Assembly: GCA_039975855.1 (NCBI GenBank)
Contig: JBDWGH010000001.1
Span: 31-64,030, forward strand
Direction of reading: 5' to 3'
DNA: 64,000 nt
Source of the DNA: Litorimonas sp.
Lineage (GTDB): Bacteria > Pseudomonadota > Alphaproteobacteria > Caulobacterales > Maricaulaceae
Positions within the stretch are counted from its first letter, which is position 1. Every line of letters begins with the position of its first letter. Under the pieces are notes generated by a model. It had not been told where the DNA came from, searched no databases, and saw only the letters and a program-made list of their open reading frames with translations. The position numbers and the translations under genes were made by a program. Shown in pieces: positions 1-14,735 of this stretch.

Positions 1-112
1 AGTTAACGTTGAGCTTATCGTGCCAATCGCGATGGAAGAGAAGCTTCGCTTCGCTATCCGTGAAGGTGGCCGCACAGTCGGTGCCGGCGTCGTCGCAAAG
101 ATCATCGAATAG
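1..112 (+). CDS. tuf: Elongation factor Tu, C-terminal fragment (gene starts upstream of the window)
   Basis: The frame starting at nt 2 reads [36 protein letters not shown], then TAG at 110-112. This is the conserved EF-Tu C-terminus. It is followed by tRNA-Trp-secE-nusG, the usual context of one tuf copy. Confidence 0.93.
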   Translation, partial: VNVELIVPIAMEEKLRFAIREGGRTVGAGVVAKIIE

Positions 113-171
113 GGCTGAAAACCTAACATACCAGGCGGCGTAAGTTGCCTGGATACCCGGGTCGAAAAGGA

Positions 172-247
172 AGGGGTGTAGCTCAGTTGGTAGAGCACTG
201 GTTTCCAAAACCAGCGGTCGTGAGTTCGAGTCTCTCCGCCCCTGCCA
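172..247 (+). tRNA. trnW: tRNA-Trp (anticodon CCA)
   Basis: The 76-nt cloverleaf was folded by hand. Acceptor AGGGGTG/CGCCCCT, anticodon arm CTGGT-TTCCAAA-ACCAG, T-loop TTCGAGT, encoded CCA end. It is near-identical in layout to E. coli tRNA-Trp. The T stem has one U-U mismatch (GTGAG/CTCTC). Confidence 0.95.
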
Positions 248-288
248 ATCGAAAGCCCCTTGTAATCAGGGTTCGGGACTACAAGATA

Positions 289-325
289 ACGCGCTACCGT
301 CTCTATTTGGCGGTGCGCGTTTTTG
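289..325 (+). terminator. Putative intrinsic terminator after tRNA-Trp
   Basis: ACGCGCTACCG ... CGGTGCGCGT imperfect stem (one bulged A), followed by TTTTT at 320-324. Confidence 0.5.
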
Positions 326-371
326 GCCGTTAAAGCTCATACTGAGTTTGGTCGCAGAATTTGGAACTGAA

Positions 372-665
372 ATGCCTAAGAGCAAGAACAAGCGGAAGAA
401 TGCAGGCAAGAAAAAGCCTGTCGATGCGCCGGTGGCGGAAGCTACCGCCGCTGCGTCGGAATCTGCTGCGCCAAAAGTTGGTCCGGTTAAATATATCGGG
501 CAAGTCCGCCAGGAAGCCCGTCGGGTTGTTTGGCCTGGGTGGCCAGAGGTTTGGAAGACGACCATTTTGGTTATGATCTTGTTTGTGCTGATGGGTATTT
601 TCTTCTTCTTCGTCGATTTGGCGCTTGCCAATATCGTGAAACTCGTCCTCGGTCTGGGAGCCTAA
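372..665 (+). CDS. secE: Preprotein translocase subunit SecE
   Basis: Lys-rich N-terminus, then VKYIGQVRQEARRVVWPGWPEVWKTTILVMILFVLMGIFFFFVD, a single C-terminal TM typical of SecE. It lies directly upstream of nusG. The ATG at 372 is preferred over the TTG at 348. Confidence 0.9.
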   Translation: MPKSKNKRKNAGKKKPVDAPVAEATAAASESAAPKVGPVKYIGQVRQEARRVVWPGWPEVWKTTILVMILFVLMGIFFFFVDLALANIVKLVLGLGA

Positions 666-668
666 TTT

Positions 669-1199
669 ATGGCAGCGAAATGGTATATCGTTCAGGCTTA
701 TTCGAATTTCGAGAAGCGTGTGAAAGAAACGTTGGAGCGTGATGCGGCTGAAAAAGGTTTGGATCACCTGTTTGAAGAAATTCTCGTGCCGACTGAAACC
801 GTTGTAGAGGTTCGCAAGGGCCGGAAAATGGAATCTGAGCGCAAGTTTTTCCCTGGTTATGTTCTCGTAAAGGTCGATCTGACGGATGAGGCTTATCACC
901 TTGTCAAGAACACGCCGAAAGTCACAGGGTTTTTGGGCTCAGCAACTAAGCCGATGCCGGTTTCCGAAAAAGAGGTCGCGCGTATTGTGGGTCAGATCCA
1001 AGAGGGTGTGGACAGTCCGCGTCCGATGATCAGCTTCGATATTGGCGAGATTGTCAAAGTGGTCGATGGTCCGTTTCAGAGCTTTAACGGTTCTGTTGAA
1101 AGCGTTGATGAAGAGAATGCTCGCTTGAAGGTGCTGATTAATATTTTTGGGCAGGGGACTCCTGTCGAACTGAATTACACTCAGGTTGAAAAAAGCTAA
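669..1199 (+). CDS. nusG: Transcription termination/antitermination factor NusG
   Basis: MAAKWYIVQAYSNFEKRVKE... NGN domain and C-terminal KOW (GEIVKVVDGPFQSFNGSVESVD). Conserved secE-nusG-rplK order. Confidence 0.97.
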   Translation: MAAKWYIVQAYSNFEKRVKETLERDAAEKGLDHLFEEILVPTETVVEVRKGRKMESERKFFPGYVLVKVDLTDEAYHLVKNTPKVTGFLGSATKPMPVSEKEVARIVGQIQEGVDSPRPMISFDIGEIVKVVDGPFQSFNGSVESVDEENARLKVLINIFGQGTPVELNYTQVEKS

Positions 1200-1400
1200 A
1201 CCTGTGTGATTGATTTTCGTTGGGCTCTCCTTGGGGAGCTCAGCAAAGCAAAACAACGAAGAGTGTTGTTTTGTTGTCGATTTTTTCTCTCGAAAAATTC
1301 GACTTGTGGGAGGTCCTTCTAAGTCCAGAAGGTGCCGCACCACAAACCACGAAGGTGGATGCAATTCCGCATCTGCCGCCGACACTTGAAGGAGTGGATC

Positions 1401-1832
1401 ATGGCAAAGAAGATTGATGGCTATATTAAGCTGACGATCCCGGCGGGTTCTGCAAACCCGTCTCCACCGTTGGGGCCTGCATTGGGTCAGCGCGGTGTAA
1501 ACATTATGGAATTCGCGAAAGCGTTTAACGCTAAGACGGACGAGATTGAAAAAGGTGTTCCAACGCCAACAATCATCACTGTCTTTAACGACAAGTCTTT
1601 CACATTTGTGACGAAAACAGCGCCTGCGTCTTATTACCTCAAAAAGGCTGCCGGAAAAAAGCAAGGATCTAACAATCCTGGTTCCGAAGTTGGTGGTACG
1701 GTCACAATGGATCAGTGCCGCGAAATCGCAGAGGCCAAATTGGCCGATCTGTCCGCGAACGATATTGAAGCTGGTGCGAAAATTATCGCCGGTTCAGCTC
1801 GTTCGATGGGCTTTGACGTGACGGGAGAATAA
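1401..1832 (+). CDS. rplK: 50S ribosomal protein L11
   Basis: [47 protein letters not shown] Shine-Dalgarno at 1391-1394. The ORF-track start at 1332 is an upstream extension. Confidence 0.97.
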   Translation: MAKKIDGYIKLTIPAGSANPSPPLGPALGQRGVNIMEFAKAFNAKTDEIEKGVPTPTIITVFNDKSFTFVTKTAPASYYLKKAAGKKQGSNNPGSEVGGTVTMDQCREIAEAKLADLSANDIEAGAKIIAGSARSMGFDVTGE

Positions 1833-1834
1833 GC

Positions 1835-2527
1835 ATGGCCTCAGGTAAGCGTTATAGAGCGGCTGCAGCTACAGTAGATATCACGAACGATCTCTCAGTT
1901 GCTGAAGCTGTAAAATCTGTCAAAGCAAACGCCACGGCGAAATTTGACGAAACTATTGAAATTGCTATGAATTTGGGTGTTGATCCACGTCACGCCGACC
2001 AAATGGTTCGCGGCGTGTGTAACCTTCCAAACGGTACAGGTCGTTCGGCACGCGTTGCTGTTTTCGCGAAAGATGCAAAGGCAGACGAAGCGCGCGCGGC
2101 TGGTGCGGACATCGTAGGTGCGGATGATCTCGTCGAGAAAATTCAAGCCGGCGAAATGGATTTTGATCGCGTGATTGCTACGCCAGACATGATGCCACTC
2201 GTTGGTCGTGTTGCGCGTGTTTTGGGTCCAAAAGGCATGATGCCTAACCCAAAGGTTGGTACGGTCACAATGGACGTTACGAAGGCTGTCTCTGACGCCA
2301 AAGGCGGCGCCGTTGAATTCCGCGTTGAAAAAGCTGGCGTTATTCACGCCGGTGTTGGCAAAGCGTCTTTCACTGAAGATAAGCTGGCTGAAAACGTTAC
2401 GGCATTCCTTGCTGCTATCCAGAAGGCTCGTCCTGCTGGTGCAAAGGGTGTGTTCGTGAAGAAAATTTCACTGACGTCGACAATGGGCCCTAGCGTCCGT
2501 ATCGCATCATCAGAAGTTCCTTCTTAG
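1835..2527 (+). CDS. rplA: 50S ribosomal protein L1
   Basis: 230 aa, [15 protein letters not shown]...[20 protein letters not shown]. Starts 2 nt after rplK. Confidence 0.97.
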   Translation: MASGKRYRAAAATVDITNDLSVAEAVKSVKANATAKFDETIEIAMNLGVDPRHADQMVRGVCNLPNGTGRSARVAVFAKDAKADEARAAGADIVGADDLVEKIQAGEMDFDRVIATPDMMPLVGRVARVLGPKGMMPNPKVGTVTMDVTKAVSDAKGGAVEFRVEKAGVIHAGVGKASFTEDKLAENVTAFLAAIQKARPAGAKGVFVKKISLTSTMGPSVRIASSEVPS

Positions 2528-2820
2528 GGGCTTAAAACAAGAATTTGGCAAGGGCTTCGGCCTGCGTCATTTGCCCCCACCGTTCGCGGTGGTGGCCTGT
2601 CCGAGACCACCGGTGCTTGTGTTTTTTGATTAAAACACGGGCTTAATTTCCGGCGCAGACAGGGTGAGACCAAATATCAAGCGAACCAGGCAACTGGTTC
2701 AATGGGTTTGGTTCGAGTTCTGGGACAGACAACCGCTCGCGGCCCGTCTGGCAACAGGTGAGACGCGAGTATCTTATGGACCTCCGCATGGTGTGGGGGT
2801 CTGCAACAAGGAGACCGCAA
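2528..2820 (+). promoter_or_regulatory. rplJL 5' leader, probable L10/L12 autoregulatory and attenuation region
   Basis: A 293-nt untranslated spacer with several hairpins: CCACCG-TTCG-CGGTGG at 2577-2592, an alternative pairing CGGTGGT 2587-2593 with ACCACCG 2606-2612, and a T6 run at 2622-2627. Leader-based autoregulation of rplJL is established in other bacteria. Confidence 0.4.
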
Positions 2821-3336
2821 ATGGACCGTTCTCAAAAAGAGATCGCAGTCAAAGAAATCGAAGAGATTTTTGACGGCGCAGGATCCGTGGTTATGGCCGC
2901 TTATTCGGGCATGACTGTTGCGGAAATGACGGAATTGCGTGCCAAGCTTCGTGAGCGTGGCGCAACAATCCGTGTTGTAAAGAACCGTTTGGCTAAGATT
3001 GCCTTGAAAGGGAAACCTTTCGAAGCAGCTGCTGAGAAATTCACCGGACCTGTGGCGATTGCCTGGGCCGATGATATGATCAGTGCGCCAAAAGTGGCAG
3101 TTGAATATGCTAAAGATTCCGACTTGTTCGAAATCATTGGTGGATTCATGGGCGAAGAAGTTTTCGATGTCTCTGGCATTGAAACTCTATCCAAACTGCC
3201 ATCCCGCGAAGAGCTTATCTCTATGGCGGCTCAGCTTCTGCTGGCACCGGCAACGAGTGTGGCTTCTGCTCTTACATCGCCTGCACGGAGCCTTTCTGGC
3301 GCCATCGCAGCGATCGAAGAAAAGGCTGCGGCGTAG
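2821..3336 (+). CDS. rplJ: 50S ribosomal protein L10
   Basis: MDRSQKEIAVKEIEEIFDGAGSVVMAAYSGMTVAEMTELRAKLRE. AAGGAG Shine-Dalgarno upstream of the ATG at 2821. The ORF-track start at 2758 is an extension. Confidence 0.96.
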   Translation: MDRSQKEIAVKEIEEIFDGAGSVVMAAYSGMTVAEMTELRAKLRERGATIRVVKNRLAKIALKGKPFEAAAEKFTGPVAIAWADDMISAPKVAVEYAKDSDLFEIIGGFMGEEVFDVSGIETLSKLPSREELISMAAQLLLAPATSVASALTSPARSLSGAIAAIEEKAAA

Positions 3337-3411
3337 TTTTACGACTTCATTCTCGCAAACTCGACCTAAACCGCCCTCACATTGGGGGCAAAAAACTAAA
3401 GGAAATACATC

Positions 3412-3783
3412 ATGGCTGATGTGAAAAAACTCGCAGAAGAACTCGTTAAGTTGACGATTTTGGAAGCAAAAGAACTAAACGACATTCTCAAAGACGAGTA
3501 TGGAATCGAGCCAGCAGCTGCCGCTGTTGTTGCCGGTCCTGCTGCAGGTGGCGGCGAAGCTGCCGCTGCTAAGACTGACTTTGACGTTGTCATGACATCT
3601 TTCGGCGGAAACAAAATCTCCGTCATTAAAGAAGTTCGCGGCATCACAGGTCTTGGCCTGAAAGAAGCCAAAGAGCTTGTCGAATCTGCTCCTAAAGCCG
3701 TCAAAGAAGGCGTGCCTGAAGCAGAAGCAAACGACATCAAAGAAAAACTAGAAGCGGCCGGCGCAACAGTCGAACTCAAGTAG
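3412..3783 (+). CDS. rplL: 50S ribosomal protein L7/L12
   Basis: [38 protein letters not shown]... Ala-rich hinge and C-terminal [18 protein letters not shown]. Confidence 0.98.
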   Translation: MADVKKLAEELVKLTILEAKELNDILKDEYGIEPAAAAVVAGPAAGGGEAAAAKTDFDVVMTSFGGNKISVIKEVRGITGLGLKEAKELVESAPKAVKEGVPEAEANDIKEKLEAAGATVELK

Positions 3784-3829
3784 TTTCTTTGATAGCTAGC
3801 CGACGCATGTTGGGTAGCGCTCAGTTTAA

Positions 3830-3856
3830 GGGCGGCGCGGGTTTCCCGCGTCGCCC
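3830..3856 (+). promoter_or_regulatory. GC-rich hairpin in the rplL-rpoB spacer (candidate partial terminator/attenuator)
   Basis: GGGCGGCGCGGG-TTT-CCCGCGTCGCCC, a 12-bp stem with one G-T pair. There is no T-tract, so a full terminator is unlikely. An attenuator at this position is known in E. coli. Confidence 0.45.
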
Positions 3857-4026
3857 ATTGCCGCATTCATGTGGCCCACATTTTTCAGGCCCGGAAACGG
3901 GTGTGGTGAAATTGAAAACGAGACCTGACGGGACAGGCTAAACCCGATGAAATTCCAGGGCTGTCAAAGGGCAGGGGCGTGCACACCCCAACCCCGAAAC
4001 ATCCCATAAAAACAAAGGTTGCTTTG

Positions 4027-8112
<4,086 letters not shown>

Positions 8113-8120
8113 CTCATTCA

Positions 8121-8147
8121 GACCTCTGCCTCTCAAAGGCAGAGGTC
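8121..8147 (+). promoter_or_regulatory. Perfect 10-bp hairpin in the rpoB-rpoC spacer
   Basis: GACCTCTGCC-TCTCAAA-GGCAGAGGTC. There is no adjacent T-tract. It is a candidate RNA processing or pause element. Confidence 0.45.
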
Positions 8148-8205
8148 ATACGAATTTTTACGGACAAGCCGGACGCGGCACAGTCCAATTTGAAAGGGAA
8201 ATACC

Positions 8206-11200
8206 ATGAACCAAGAGGTCATGAACATTTTCAACCCAGCGCAAGAAGGCCCAACCTTTGACCGCATAAAAATCTCTCTCGCCAGCCCAGAGAAAATTTT
8301 GAGCTGGTCCTTTGGCGAAATTAAAAAGCCAGAGACAATTAACTATCGCACGTTCAAGCCGGAGAAAGATGGCTTGTTCTGTGCGCGTATCTTTGGCCCG
8401 GTCAAAGATTACGAATGTCTTTGCGGCAAATATAAGCGCATGAAATACAAAGGCGTCGTTTGCGAAAAATGCGGCGTTGAAGTTACCGTCACGCGCGTCC
8501 GTCGTGAGCGTATGGGTCATATTGAACTGGCTGCACCTGTTGCGCATATCTGGTTCTTGAAGTCCCTGCCGTCCCGTATTTCGACAATGCTCAATATGAC
8601 ATTGAAAGAAGTCGAGCGCGTTCTCTACTTTGAATCCTATATCGTCACAGAACCCGGACTGACATCTCTCGGTGAGCGTCAAATCCTGTCCGAAGAAGAA
8701 TATGTCGACGCGCAAGCCGAATTTGGCGAAGACAGCTTCACAGCCGGTATTGGCGCGGAAGCCATTCGCGACATGTTGCAAAATCTCGACTTAGAAGCTG
8801 AGATCGAGCGCACTCGTTTCGATATGACGGAAACAGGTTCAGAACTGAAGCTGAAGAAGTTCTCTAAGCGTTTGAAATTGCTGGAAGCTTTTGTCACATC
8901 CGGTAACCGTCCGGAATGGATGGTCTTGACCATCGTTCCTGTCATCCCACCAGAGCTTCGCCCGCTCGTCCCATTGGATGGTGGCCGTTTTGCGACGTCT
9001 GATCTGAACGATCTTTATCGCCGCGTTATCAACCGAAACAACCGTTTGAAGCGTTTGATCGAGCTGCGTGCGCCGGACATCATTATTCGGAACGAGAAGC
9101 GTATGCTTCAAGAATCTGTTGATGCCTTGTTCGATAACGGCCGTCGTGGCCGGACAATCACGGGTGCGAATAAGCGTCCGCTGAAATCCATGTCAGACAT
9201 GCTGAAAGGTAAGCAGGGTCGCTTCCGTCAAAACCTTCTTGGTAAACGGGTCGATTACTCTGGACGTTCAGTTATCGTGGTTGGACCCGAGTTGAAGCTC
9301 CACGAATGTGGTCTGCCAAAGAAGATGGCGCTCGAGCTGTTCAAGCCGTTTATCTATGCGCGTCTCGACGCCAAAGGCTTGTCCGGCACCGTCAAGCAAT
9401 CGAAGAAATTGGTCGAAAAAGAACGCCCTGAAGTTTGGGATATTCTCGACGAGGTTATCCGTGAGCATCCAGTTCTCCTGAACCGTGCGCCGACACTCCA
9501 TAGACTTGGGATTCAAGCGTTTGAACCAAAGCTGACTGAAGGTAAGGCGATCCGTCTTCACCCGCTTGTCTGTGCTGCGTTTAACGCTGACTTTGATGGC
9601 GACCAAATGGCCGTTCACGTCCCGCTCTCTATCGAAGCTCAACTCGAAGCGCGCGTGTTGATGATGTCCACGAACAATATTCTTTCGCCGGCCAATGGTA
9701 AGCCGATTATTGTTCCATCGCAGGATATTGTCTTGGGTCTTTACTACATGTCCCTGATGCGTGACGGCGAAAAAGGCGAAGGCATGATGTTTGCCTCTAT
9801 GGCTGAACTCGAAATGGCGCTCGATAACGGGCACGTCTCGCTTCACGCCAAAGTCAAAGGTCGTTTCCCGGTCACAAACGAAGATGGATCAACATCATAT
9901 GAAGTCGCTGAAACATCACCAGGCCGTTTGAAGCTGGCTGAATTTTTGCCGCGTCATCACCTGATCCCATATTCTGTCGTCAATAAAATCCTGACGAAGA
10001 AGGAAATCGGAAAATTGATCGACACGGTTTATCGTCATGGCGGCCAGAAGGCGACTGTGATCTTTGCGGATAAGATGATGGGTCTCGGATTTAAGGAGGC
10101 GGCGAAAGCCGGTATTTCCTTTGGTAAGGACGACATGATTATCCCTGATGCGAAGTATACATTGGTTGCGGAAACATCCGCGGCTGTCTCCGCATTTGAG
10201 CAGCAATATTCAGATGGCCTGATCACCAAAGGCGAGAAGTACAACAAGGTTGTCGACGCTTGGTCCAAATGTACGGACAAAGTTGCGGATGCCATGATGG
10301 ACGAAGCTGCGAAGCCGCGTCAGACTATCAACTCGGTCTTTATGATGGCGGACTCCGGCGCTCGTGGTTCTAAGAACCAGATGAAACAGCTGGCGGGAAT
10401 GCGTGGTCTGATGGCGAAACCATCCGGAGAAATTATTGAAACTCCAATTACGGCGAACTTTAAAGAAGGTCTGACCGTGATGGATTACTTTAACAGTACC
10501 CATGGTGCGCGGAAGGGTCTGGCTGATACCGCTCTTAAAACCGCTAACTCAGGTTATCTTACACGTCGTCTCGTCGATGTTGCGCAGGACTGTATCGTCA
10601 CTGAACAGGATTGCGGAACTGAAAATGGTATCGAGCAAAAACCTGTTGTTGATGGCGGCGAAGTTGTTGTCTCCCTAGGCGAGCGTTGCCTTGGCCGGAC
10701 AACAGCTGAAGACCTGCATGATCCACGAAATGGTGAATTGCTCTTCCCAGCTAACACTTATGTTGACGAAGACATTGCTTCAGAAATTGACGCCTCTGGC
10801 GCGCAAAATCTGCGGGTTCGTTCCCCGCTGACTTGTGAAACTGTAACCGGTATTTGTGCCACATGTTACGGGCGTGACCTCGCGCGCGGAACGAAGGTGA
10901 ATATGGGTGAAGCGGTCGGTGTTATCGCAGCGCAATCCATTGGTGAGCCGGGTACTCAGCTAACCATGCGGACGTTCCATATTGGTGGTACGGCTTCGGT
11001 TTCCGATAAGTCTGTTATTGAATCTTCAAATGAAGGTACCATCCAGTACGAAGAAGAAGACGTCATCAAGACGGATCACAACTTCATCGCAAAAGCGCGG
11101 AAGCTTGAATTCCAAATCCTCGATCAGGACGGCAAGGAACTCGAAACCTATAAAGTTGATTACGGTACACGCTTGGCTCTGAAAAACGGCGCCAAAGTAA

Positions 11201-12375
11201 AACGCGGTGATCGTCTTGCGGAATGGGATCCATATGCCACGCCGATCATCACAGAAGTGGGCGGTACAGTCCGTTTGCTTGATATCGTTGACGGTGTTTC
11301 CGCTAAGGAAGAAACCGATGAAGATACAGGTATCTCCTCTAAGGTAATCGTTGACTGGCGTGCGTCTTCCAAATCTGGTGACATTCAACCTGTTGCAGTT
11401 ATCGAAGGCCCTGACGGCGAACCTGTCAAACTTCCAAACGGCAATATTGCGCGTTACATGCTCGCGGTTGGCTCGATCCTTTCTGTCGAAGATGGTGCTA
11501 CGGTTAAACCAGGTGCTATTCTGGCACGTATCGCACGCGGTTCTGCGACACAGCGCGATATTACAGGTGGTCTACCACGTGTGGCTGAGCTGTTCGAAGC
11601 CCGTCGTCCGAAGGATGATGCGGTCATCGCCGATATGGACGGTAAGATTGAATTTACGCGGGACTATAAGAACAAGCGTAAGGTTCAAATCACGCCGGAA
11701 GACGAAAGCCTAGAGCCTTCCACATTCCTAATCGCCAAAGGCAAGCATATGCTCGTCGCGGATGGTGATAAGGTGAAGAAGGGGGATTACCTCATAGACG
11801 GTAACCCTGCGCCGCATGACATCCTCGCAATTATGGGTGTTGAAGCGCTGGCTGAATATCTCGTCGACGAAGTCCAAGGCGTATACCGCTTGCAGGGCGT
11901 TCCGATTAACGACAAACATATTGAAGTTATCGTGCGTCAAATGCTGCAAAAGGTCGAAGTCTCTGATCCAGGTGACACGACGCTTCTGCGCAATGAGCAA
12001 ATGGATAAAATTGAGTTCAATAAGGTCAATGCGGCCTTGCTCGCGAAAGACAAAAACGCAACGCCAGCCGTTGCCGGACCAGTCTTGCTCGGTATTACTA
12101 AAGCCTCACTGCAAACACGCTCCTTCATCTCGGCTGCGTCCTTCCAAGAAACAACACGTGTCCTCACAGAGGCGTCTGTTCAAGGTAAGGAAGACATGCT
12201 CGAAGGTCTCAAAGAGAACGTCATCGTGGGTCGTCTAATCCCCGCTGGTACTGGTAGCAATCTGCGTAAATACCAGAAGCTTGCGAATGAGCGTGATCAG
12301 AAATTCCTCGAAGACCGTGCCGCTGCTGCGCCGTCGCTCGAAGAATTCCCAAGCGAGATCGCAGACGACGCGTAA
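8206..12375 (+). CDS. rpoC: DNA-directed RNA polymerase subunit beta'
   Basis: 1389 aa. Zinc-finger [23 protein letters not shown] and catalytic [12 protein letters not shown]. Confidence 0.98.
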   Translation: MNQEVMNIFNPAQEGPTFDRIKISLASPEKILSWSFGEIKKPETINYRTFKPEKDGLFCARIFGPVKDYECLCGKYKRMKYKGVVCEKCGVEVTVTRVRRERMGHIELAAPVAHIWFLKSLPSRISTMLNMTLKEVERVLYFESYIVTEPGLTSLGERQILSEEEYVDAQAEFGEDSFTAGIGAEAIRDMLQNLDLEAEIERTRFDMTETGSELKLKKFSKRLKLLEAFVTSGNRPEWMVLTIVPVIPPELRPLVPLDGGRFATSDLNDLYRRVINRNNRLKRLIELRAPDIIIRNEKRMLQESVDALFDNGRRGRTITGANKRPLKSMSDMLKGKQGRFRQNLLGKRVDYSGRSVIVVGPELKLHECGLPKKMALELFKPFIYARLDAKGLSGTVKQSKKLVEKERPEVWDILDEVIREHPVLLNRAPTLHRLGIQAFEPKLTEGKAIRLHPLVCAAFNADFDGDQMAVHVPLSIEAQLEARVLMMSTNNILSPANGKPIIVPSQDIVLGLYYMSLMRDGEKGEGMMFASMAELEMALDNGHVSLHAKVKGRFPVTNEDGSTSYEVAETSPGRLKLAEFLPRHHLIPYSVVNKILTKKEIGKLIDTVYRHGGQKATVIFADKMMGLGFKEAAKAGISFGKDDMIIPDAKYTLVAETSAAVSAFEQQYSDGLITKGEKYNKVVDAWSKCTDKVADAMMDEAAKPRQTINSVFMMADSGARGSKNQMKQLAGMRGLMAKPSGEIIETPITANFKEGLTVMDYFNSTHGARKGLADTALKTANSGYLTRRLVDVAQDCIVTEQDCGTENGIEQKPVVDGGEVVVSLGERCLGRTTAEDLHDPRNGELLFPANTYVDEDIASEIDASGAQNLRVRSPLTCETVTGICATCYGRDLARGTKVNMGEAVGVIAAQSIGEPGTQLTMRTFHIGGTASVSDKSVIESSNEGTIQYEEEDVIKTDHNFIAKARKLEFQILDQDGKELETYKVDYGTRLALKNGAKVKRGDRLAEWDPYATPIITEVGGTVRLLDIVDGVSAKEETDEDTGISSKVIVDWRASSKSGDIQPVAVIEGPDGEPVKLPNGNIARYMLAVGSILSVEDGATVKPGAILARIARGSATQRDITGGLPRVAELFEARRPKDDAVIADMDGKIEFTRDYKNKRKVQITPEDESLEPSTFLIAKGKHMLVADGDKVKKGDYLIDGNPAPHDILAIMGVEALAEYLVDEVQGVYRLQGVPINDKHIEVIVRQMLQKVEVSDPGDTTLLRNEQMDKIEFNKVNAALLAKDKNATPAVAGPVLLGITKASLQTRSFISAASFQETTRVLTEASVQGKEDMLEGLKENVIVGRLIPAGTGSNLRKYQKLANERDQKFLEDRAAAAPSLEEFPSEIADDA

Positions 12376-12400
12376 ACCGCAAATGTCAGATAAGAATAAG

Positions 12401-12431
12401 AAAAGCCACCTTATCCGAGGTGGCTTTTTTG
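12401..12431 (+). terminator. Intrinsic terminator after rpoC
   Basis: AAAAGCCACC-TTATCCGA-GGTGGCTTTTTTG. GC stem followed by a T6 run. Confidence 0.8.
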
Positions 12432-12465
12432 TTGGGACATTCCCAAGACTAAGTTATGTGATCAT

Positions 12466-12987
12466 ATGTTTAGTAAGTGGATATTAGATCTCAAAACAAA
12501 ATATTATGAATTGATTACGCGAAATGACGTCCCCAGTCCAAAGTCCGAATGGGCCCTAGATTGGGATAAGATGATCCATCTGGATGCTGAAGAGCTTGCA
12601 GAACAAGGCCTGGCAACATTCTATGATTTTATTCAGCCTGAACTTTCCAAATTTATTGCTGCGCCAAACCCCTTAACCGAAATTCGTGATGAAAATGATT
12701 TTTACTTTGTTGAATCAGGAGGTTACGTTTGGCCAATCGTTGATGAAACTTCTATGACATCAGGCGATGTTTGGTTGAATGCGGCTTTCGCTTTTTTTGA
12801 AATGGTCAATCAGCAACTGAGAGATACGGACTATAAACTTTATGCCTTCTATGCGGGCAATGATTTAAGCGGTATGTTTCTGACTGAGGAAGAGGCAGAG
12901 CAAAGTATGGCAAAATTGCCCAGTAAAGCCGACTGGCCGTATCTTGTTACACTGGAACCAGAATATAACGGGCGGTACCACGATTGA
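12466..12987 (+). CDS. Hypothetical acidic protein (173 aa)
   Basis: Long ORF in visibly AT-richer DNA with no recognisable motif. Its stop overlaps the TTG start of the PhzF-family gene (sequence ATTGA). The start codon is uncertain because there is no clear SD. Confidence 0.5.
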   Translation: MFSKWILDLKTKYYELITRNDVPSPKSEWALDWDKMIHLDAEELAEQGLATFYDFIQPELSKFIAAPNPLTEIRDENDFYFVESGGYVWPIVDETSMTSGDVWLNAAFAFFEMVNQQLRDTDYKLYAFYAGNDLSGMFLTEEEAEQSMAKLPSKADWPYLVTLEPEYNGRYHD

Positions 12988-13832
12988 CCCAGTATTTCGT
13001 TTATGATGTTTTTACCGATGTGCCCTTTGGCGGAAACCAGCTCGCCGTTTTTCCCGACGCGCAAGGCCTCCCCGAAGACAAACTCCAATCTATTGCGGCA
13101 GAGTTTAACTTCTCAGAGGTGACTTTTGTCTATCCGCCGACTGACTCAGCCAACACCGCACGTGTCCGAATATTTACGCCGACGACGGAAGTGGATTTCG
13201 CAGGGCATCCCACCATAGGTACGTTGATCGCGCTCTCTGACATTGGCTATGGCTCGCCTATGATGCTTGAGCTGGGCGTTGGCCCACTCAAAGGCGTGGT
13301 GACAGAGAAAGGTGCAGCCTTCACGGCGTCACAGGGCTTAGAGATACTTTCTCACCCGGACCCAGCCTTAGTGGCTGAAACATTAGGGCTTCCGGAGGCC
13401 TCGCTTAAAACGGATACACATTCACCCGTTCAAGCGAGTATGGGGCTACCATTCACATTGGTTGAATTAAAAACTCGCGGTGCATTAGCAAGCTGCGATA
13501 CGAATATAGATGCGATACGAAGAGCGAATGGGCTTTACCCCTCAGGGCTCGACTTCGCAGTCTTTGCCTATGTTAGAGACGGCGGCGATATTCACTCTCG
13601 CATGTTTGCCCCGATGGATAATATCCCCGAAGATCCCGCAACGGGCAGTGCGTCCGCGACTTTGGCGGCGCTGCTGACCCAAACGCTAGGTACGCCTCAA
13701 AACCTCGCATTTGTCCAAGGCGAGGATATGGGGCGTCCATCATATATCGGAGCTCAGACCACGCTGGTTCCCCTCACAGTCAAAATAAGCGGGCAGGCTG
13801 TTCGGACGATGGCCGGACAGTTCATCACATAA
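12984..13832 (+). CDS. PhzF-family isomerase/epimerase-like protein
   Basis: N-terminus YDVFTDVPFGGNQLAVFPDAQGL...AAEFNFSEVTFV and ...PEDPATGSASATLAALL are the two PhzF/DAP-epimerase-fold repeats. TTG start. Confidence 0.8.
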   Translation: MTQYFVYDVFTDVPFGGNQLAVFPDAQGLPEDKLQSIAAEFNFSEVTFVYPPTDSANTARVRIFTPTTEVDFAGHPTIGTLIALSDIGYGSPMMLELGVGPLKGVVTEKGAAFTASQGLEILSHPDPALVAETLGLPEASLKTDTHSPVQASMGLPFTLVELKTRGALASCDTNIDAIRRANGLYPSGLDFAVFAYVRDGGDIHSRMFAPMDNIPEDPATGSASATLAALLTQTLGTPQNLAFVQGEDMGRPSYIGAQTTLVPLTVKISGQAVRTMAGQFIT

Positions 13833-13864
13833 AAACCCGACACCTTGGAAGGTGCCGGGTTTTA
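13831..13864. terminator. Bidirectional intrinsic terminator between convergent genes
   Basis: AAAAACCCGACACC-TTGGAA-GGTGCCGGGTTTT. A-run on the 5' side and T-run on the 3' side. Confidence 0.7.
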
Positions 13865-13901
13865 GTTAAGTCGTTATTGCCTGACAAATTCCTGCCAGGG
13901 A

Positions 13902-14735
13902 CTACTCAGTTGCAAATCCGCACTGACGTTGTTCCATTGTGATTTGTTTAGTTAAGCGTACGGCATTTTGTGAGTATGCTTCCGTGACAGAGCCGGAGTT
14001 TACGACCTTACCCCTCAGCGTGCTCACATCCTCACAGAGATGGAAAACAAGTTTGTTGGAAGACTTTGTTTCGCCGGCCTTAGGAGCGATCCAATAGACG
14101 ACGTCTTGACCGCCTGTCGCCTCAGCCACAGCTTCCGTATCACGGGCGATTTCTTTGGCTTGTTCCGCAACAGCTGGCGAGCAGGCCGTCGTGGCTTCAC
14201 CCGCTTTGATCTGACGCGCACATTCGTTCATGTCCTGCGTATATTGTTCGGTCGATGGCGGTTTGAAGTCGATTCCGACCGTCGTTGCCAGAAGCGCCAA
14301 GCCAACCCCAACTGCGCCTGCAATTTTCTTATTTTTTGGATCCATGTCTTTGTCCAAAAAGATCAAAGCCAATAATGGTAGGAAGGCAATGACCGTTATG
14401 ATCGCGCCAAGTTGATTTTGGACAAAAAACTTGAAGGGCTCTGATTTCGTCGCCGGATCGTGCCGATTGGACTTCTTCCAAAGAATACTGCCAAGAATTG
14501 CAAACACAGCGATGACCACTAAAAGGCCGATCAAAAGAACCAGTCCGCCGCTATTAAATGTGTCTTTCAGAAGCAAAACAATTGCTGCGATCTCAGTTGC
14601 TATTGCCACGAACCAAGACCCGCTAGCCATTAAGCGTAATTTCTTGGCCTTAGCTTTCTGATCATTTGTCGCTTGCCACGCTTTGGTGACATCTACCTCA
14701 GCTTCGACACTTTCTGTTGGTTCGTTATCGCTCAT
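13902..14735 (-). CDS. Hypothetical integral membrane protein with a Cys-containing extracytoplasmic C-terminal domain
   Basis: 277 aa. About four hydrophobic helices (e.g. WFVAIATEIAAIVLLL, LVLLIGLLVVIAVFAILGSILW), then a soluble tail with 4 Cys. GAGGGGA SD before the ATG at 14735. Confidence 0.6.
   Translation of the reverse strand: MSDNEPTESVEAEVDVTKAWQATNDQKAKAKKLRLMASGSWFVAIATEIAAIVLLLKDTFNSGGLVLLIGLLVVIAVFAILGSILWKKSNRHDPATKSEPFKFFVQNQLGAIITVIAFLPLLALIFLDKDMDPKNKKIAGAVGVGLALLATTVGIDFKPPSTEQYTQDMNECARQIKAGEATTACSPAVAEQAKEIARDTEAVAEATGGQDVVYWIAPKAGETKSSNKLVFHLCEDVSTLRGKVVNSGSVTEAYSQNAVRLTKQITMEQRQCGFATE

Noticed and set aside
145-333. 62-aa ORF on the + strand
   Set aside because: It is read straight through the tRNA-Trp gene (172-247). 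It is an artefact of ORF calling.
939-1664. 241-aa antisense ORF across the nusG 3' end, the spacer and rplK
   Set aside because: It is a shadow ORF opposite highly conserved genes, with Arg/Cys-rich low-complexity translation and no motif.
3979-4026. N-terminal extension of rpoB from a GTG at 3979 ([16 protein letters not shown]...)
   Set aside because: The conserved beta-subunit N-terminus begins at [16 protein letters not shown] (ATG at 4027). The same logic removes the extensions of rplK (1332), rplJ (2758), the Lrp gene (28445), the TonB receptor (32404), uxuA (41924) and nadC (49183).
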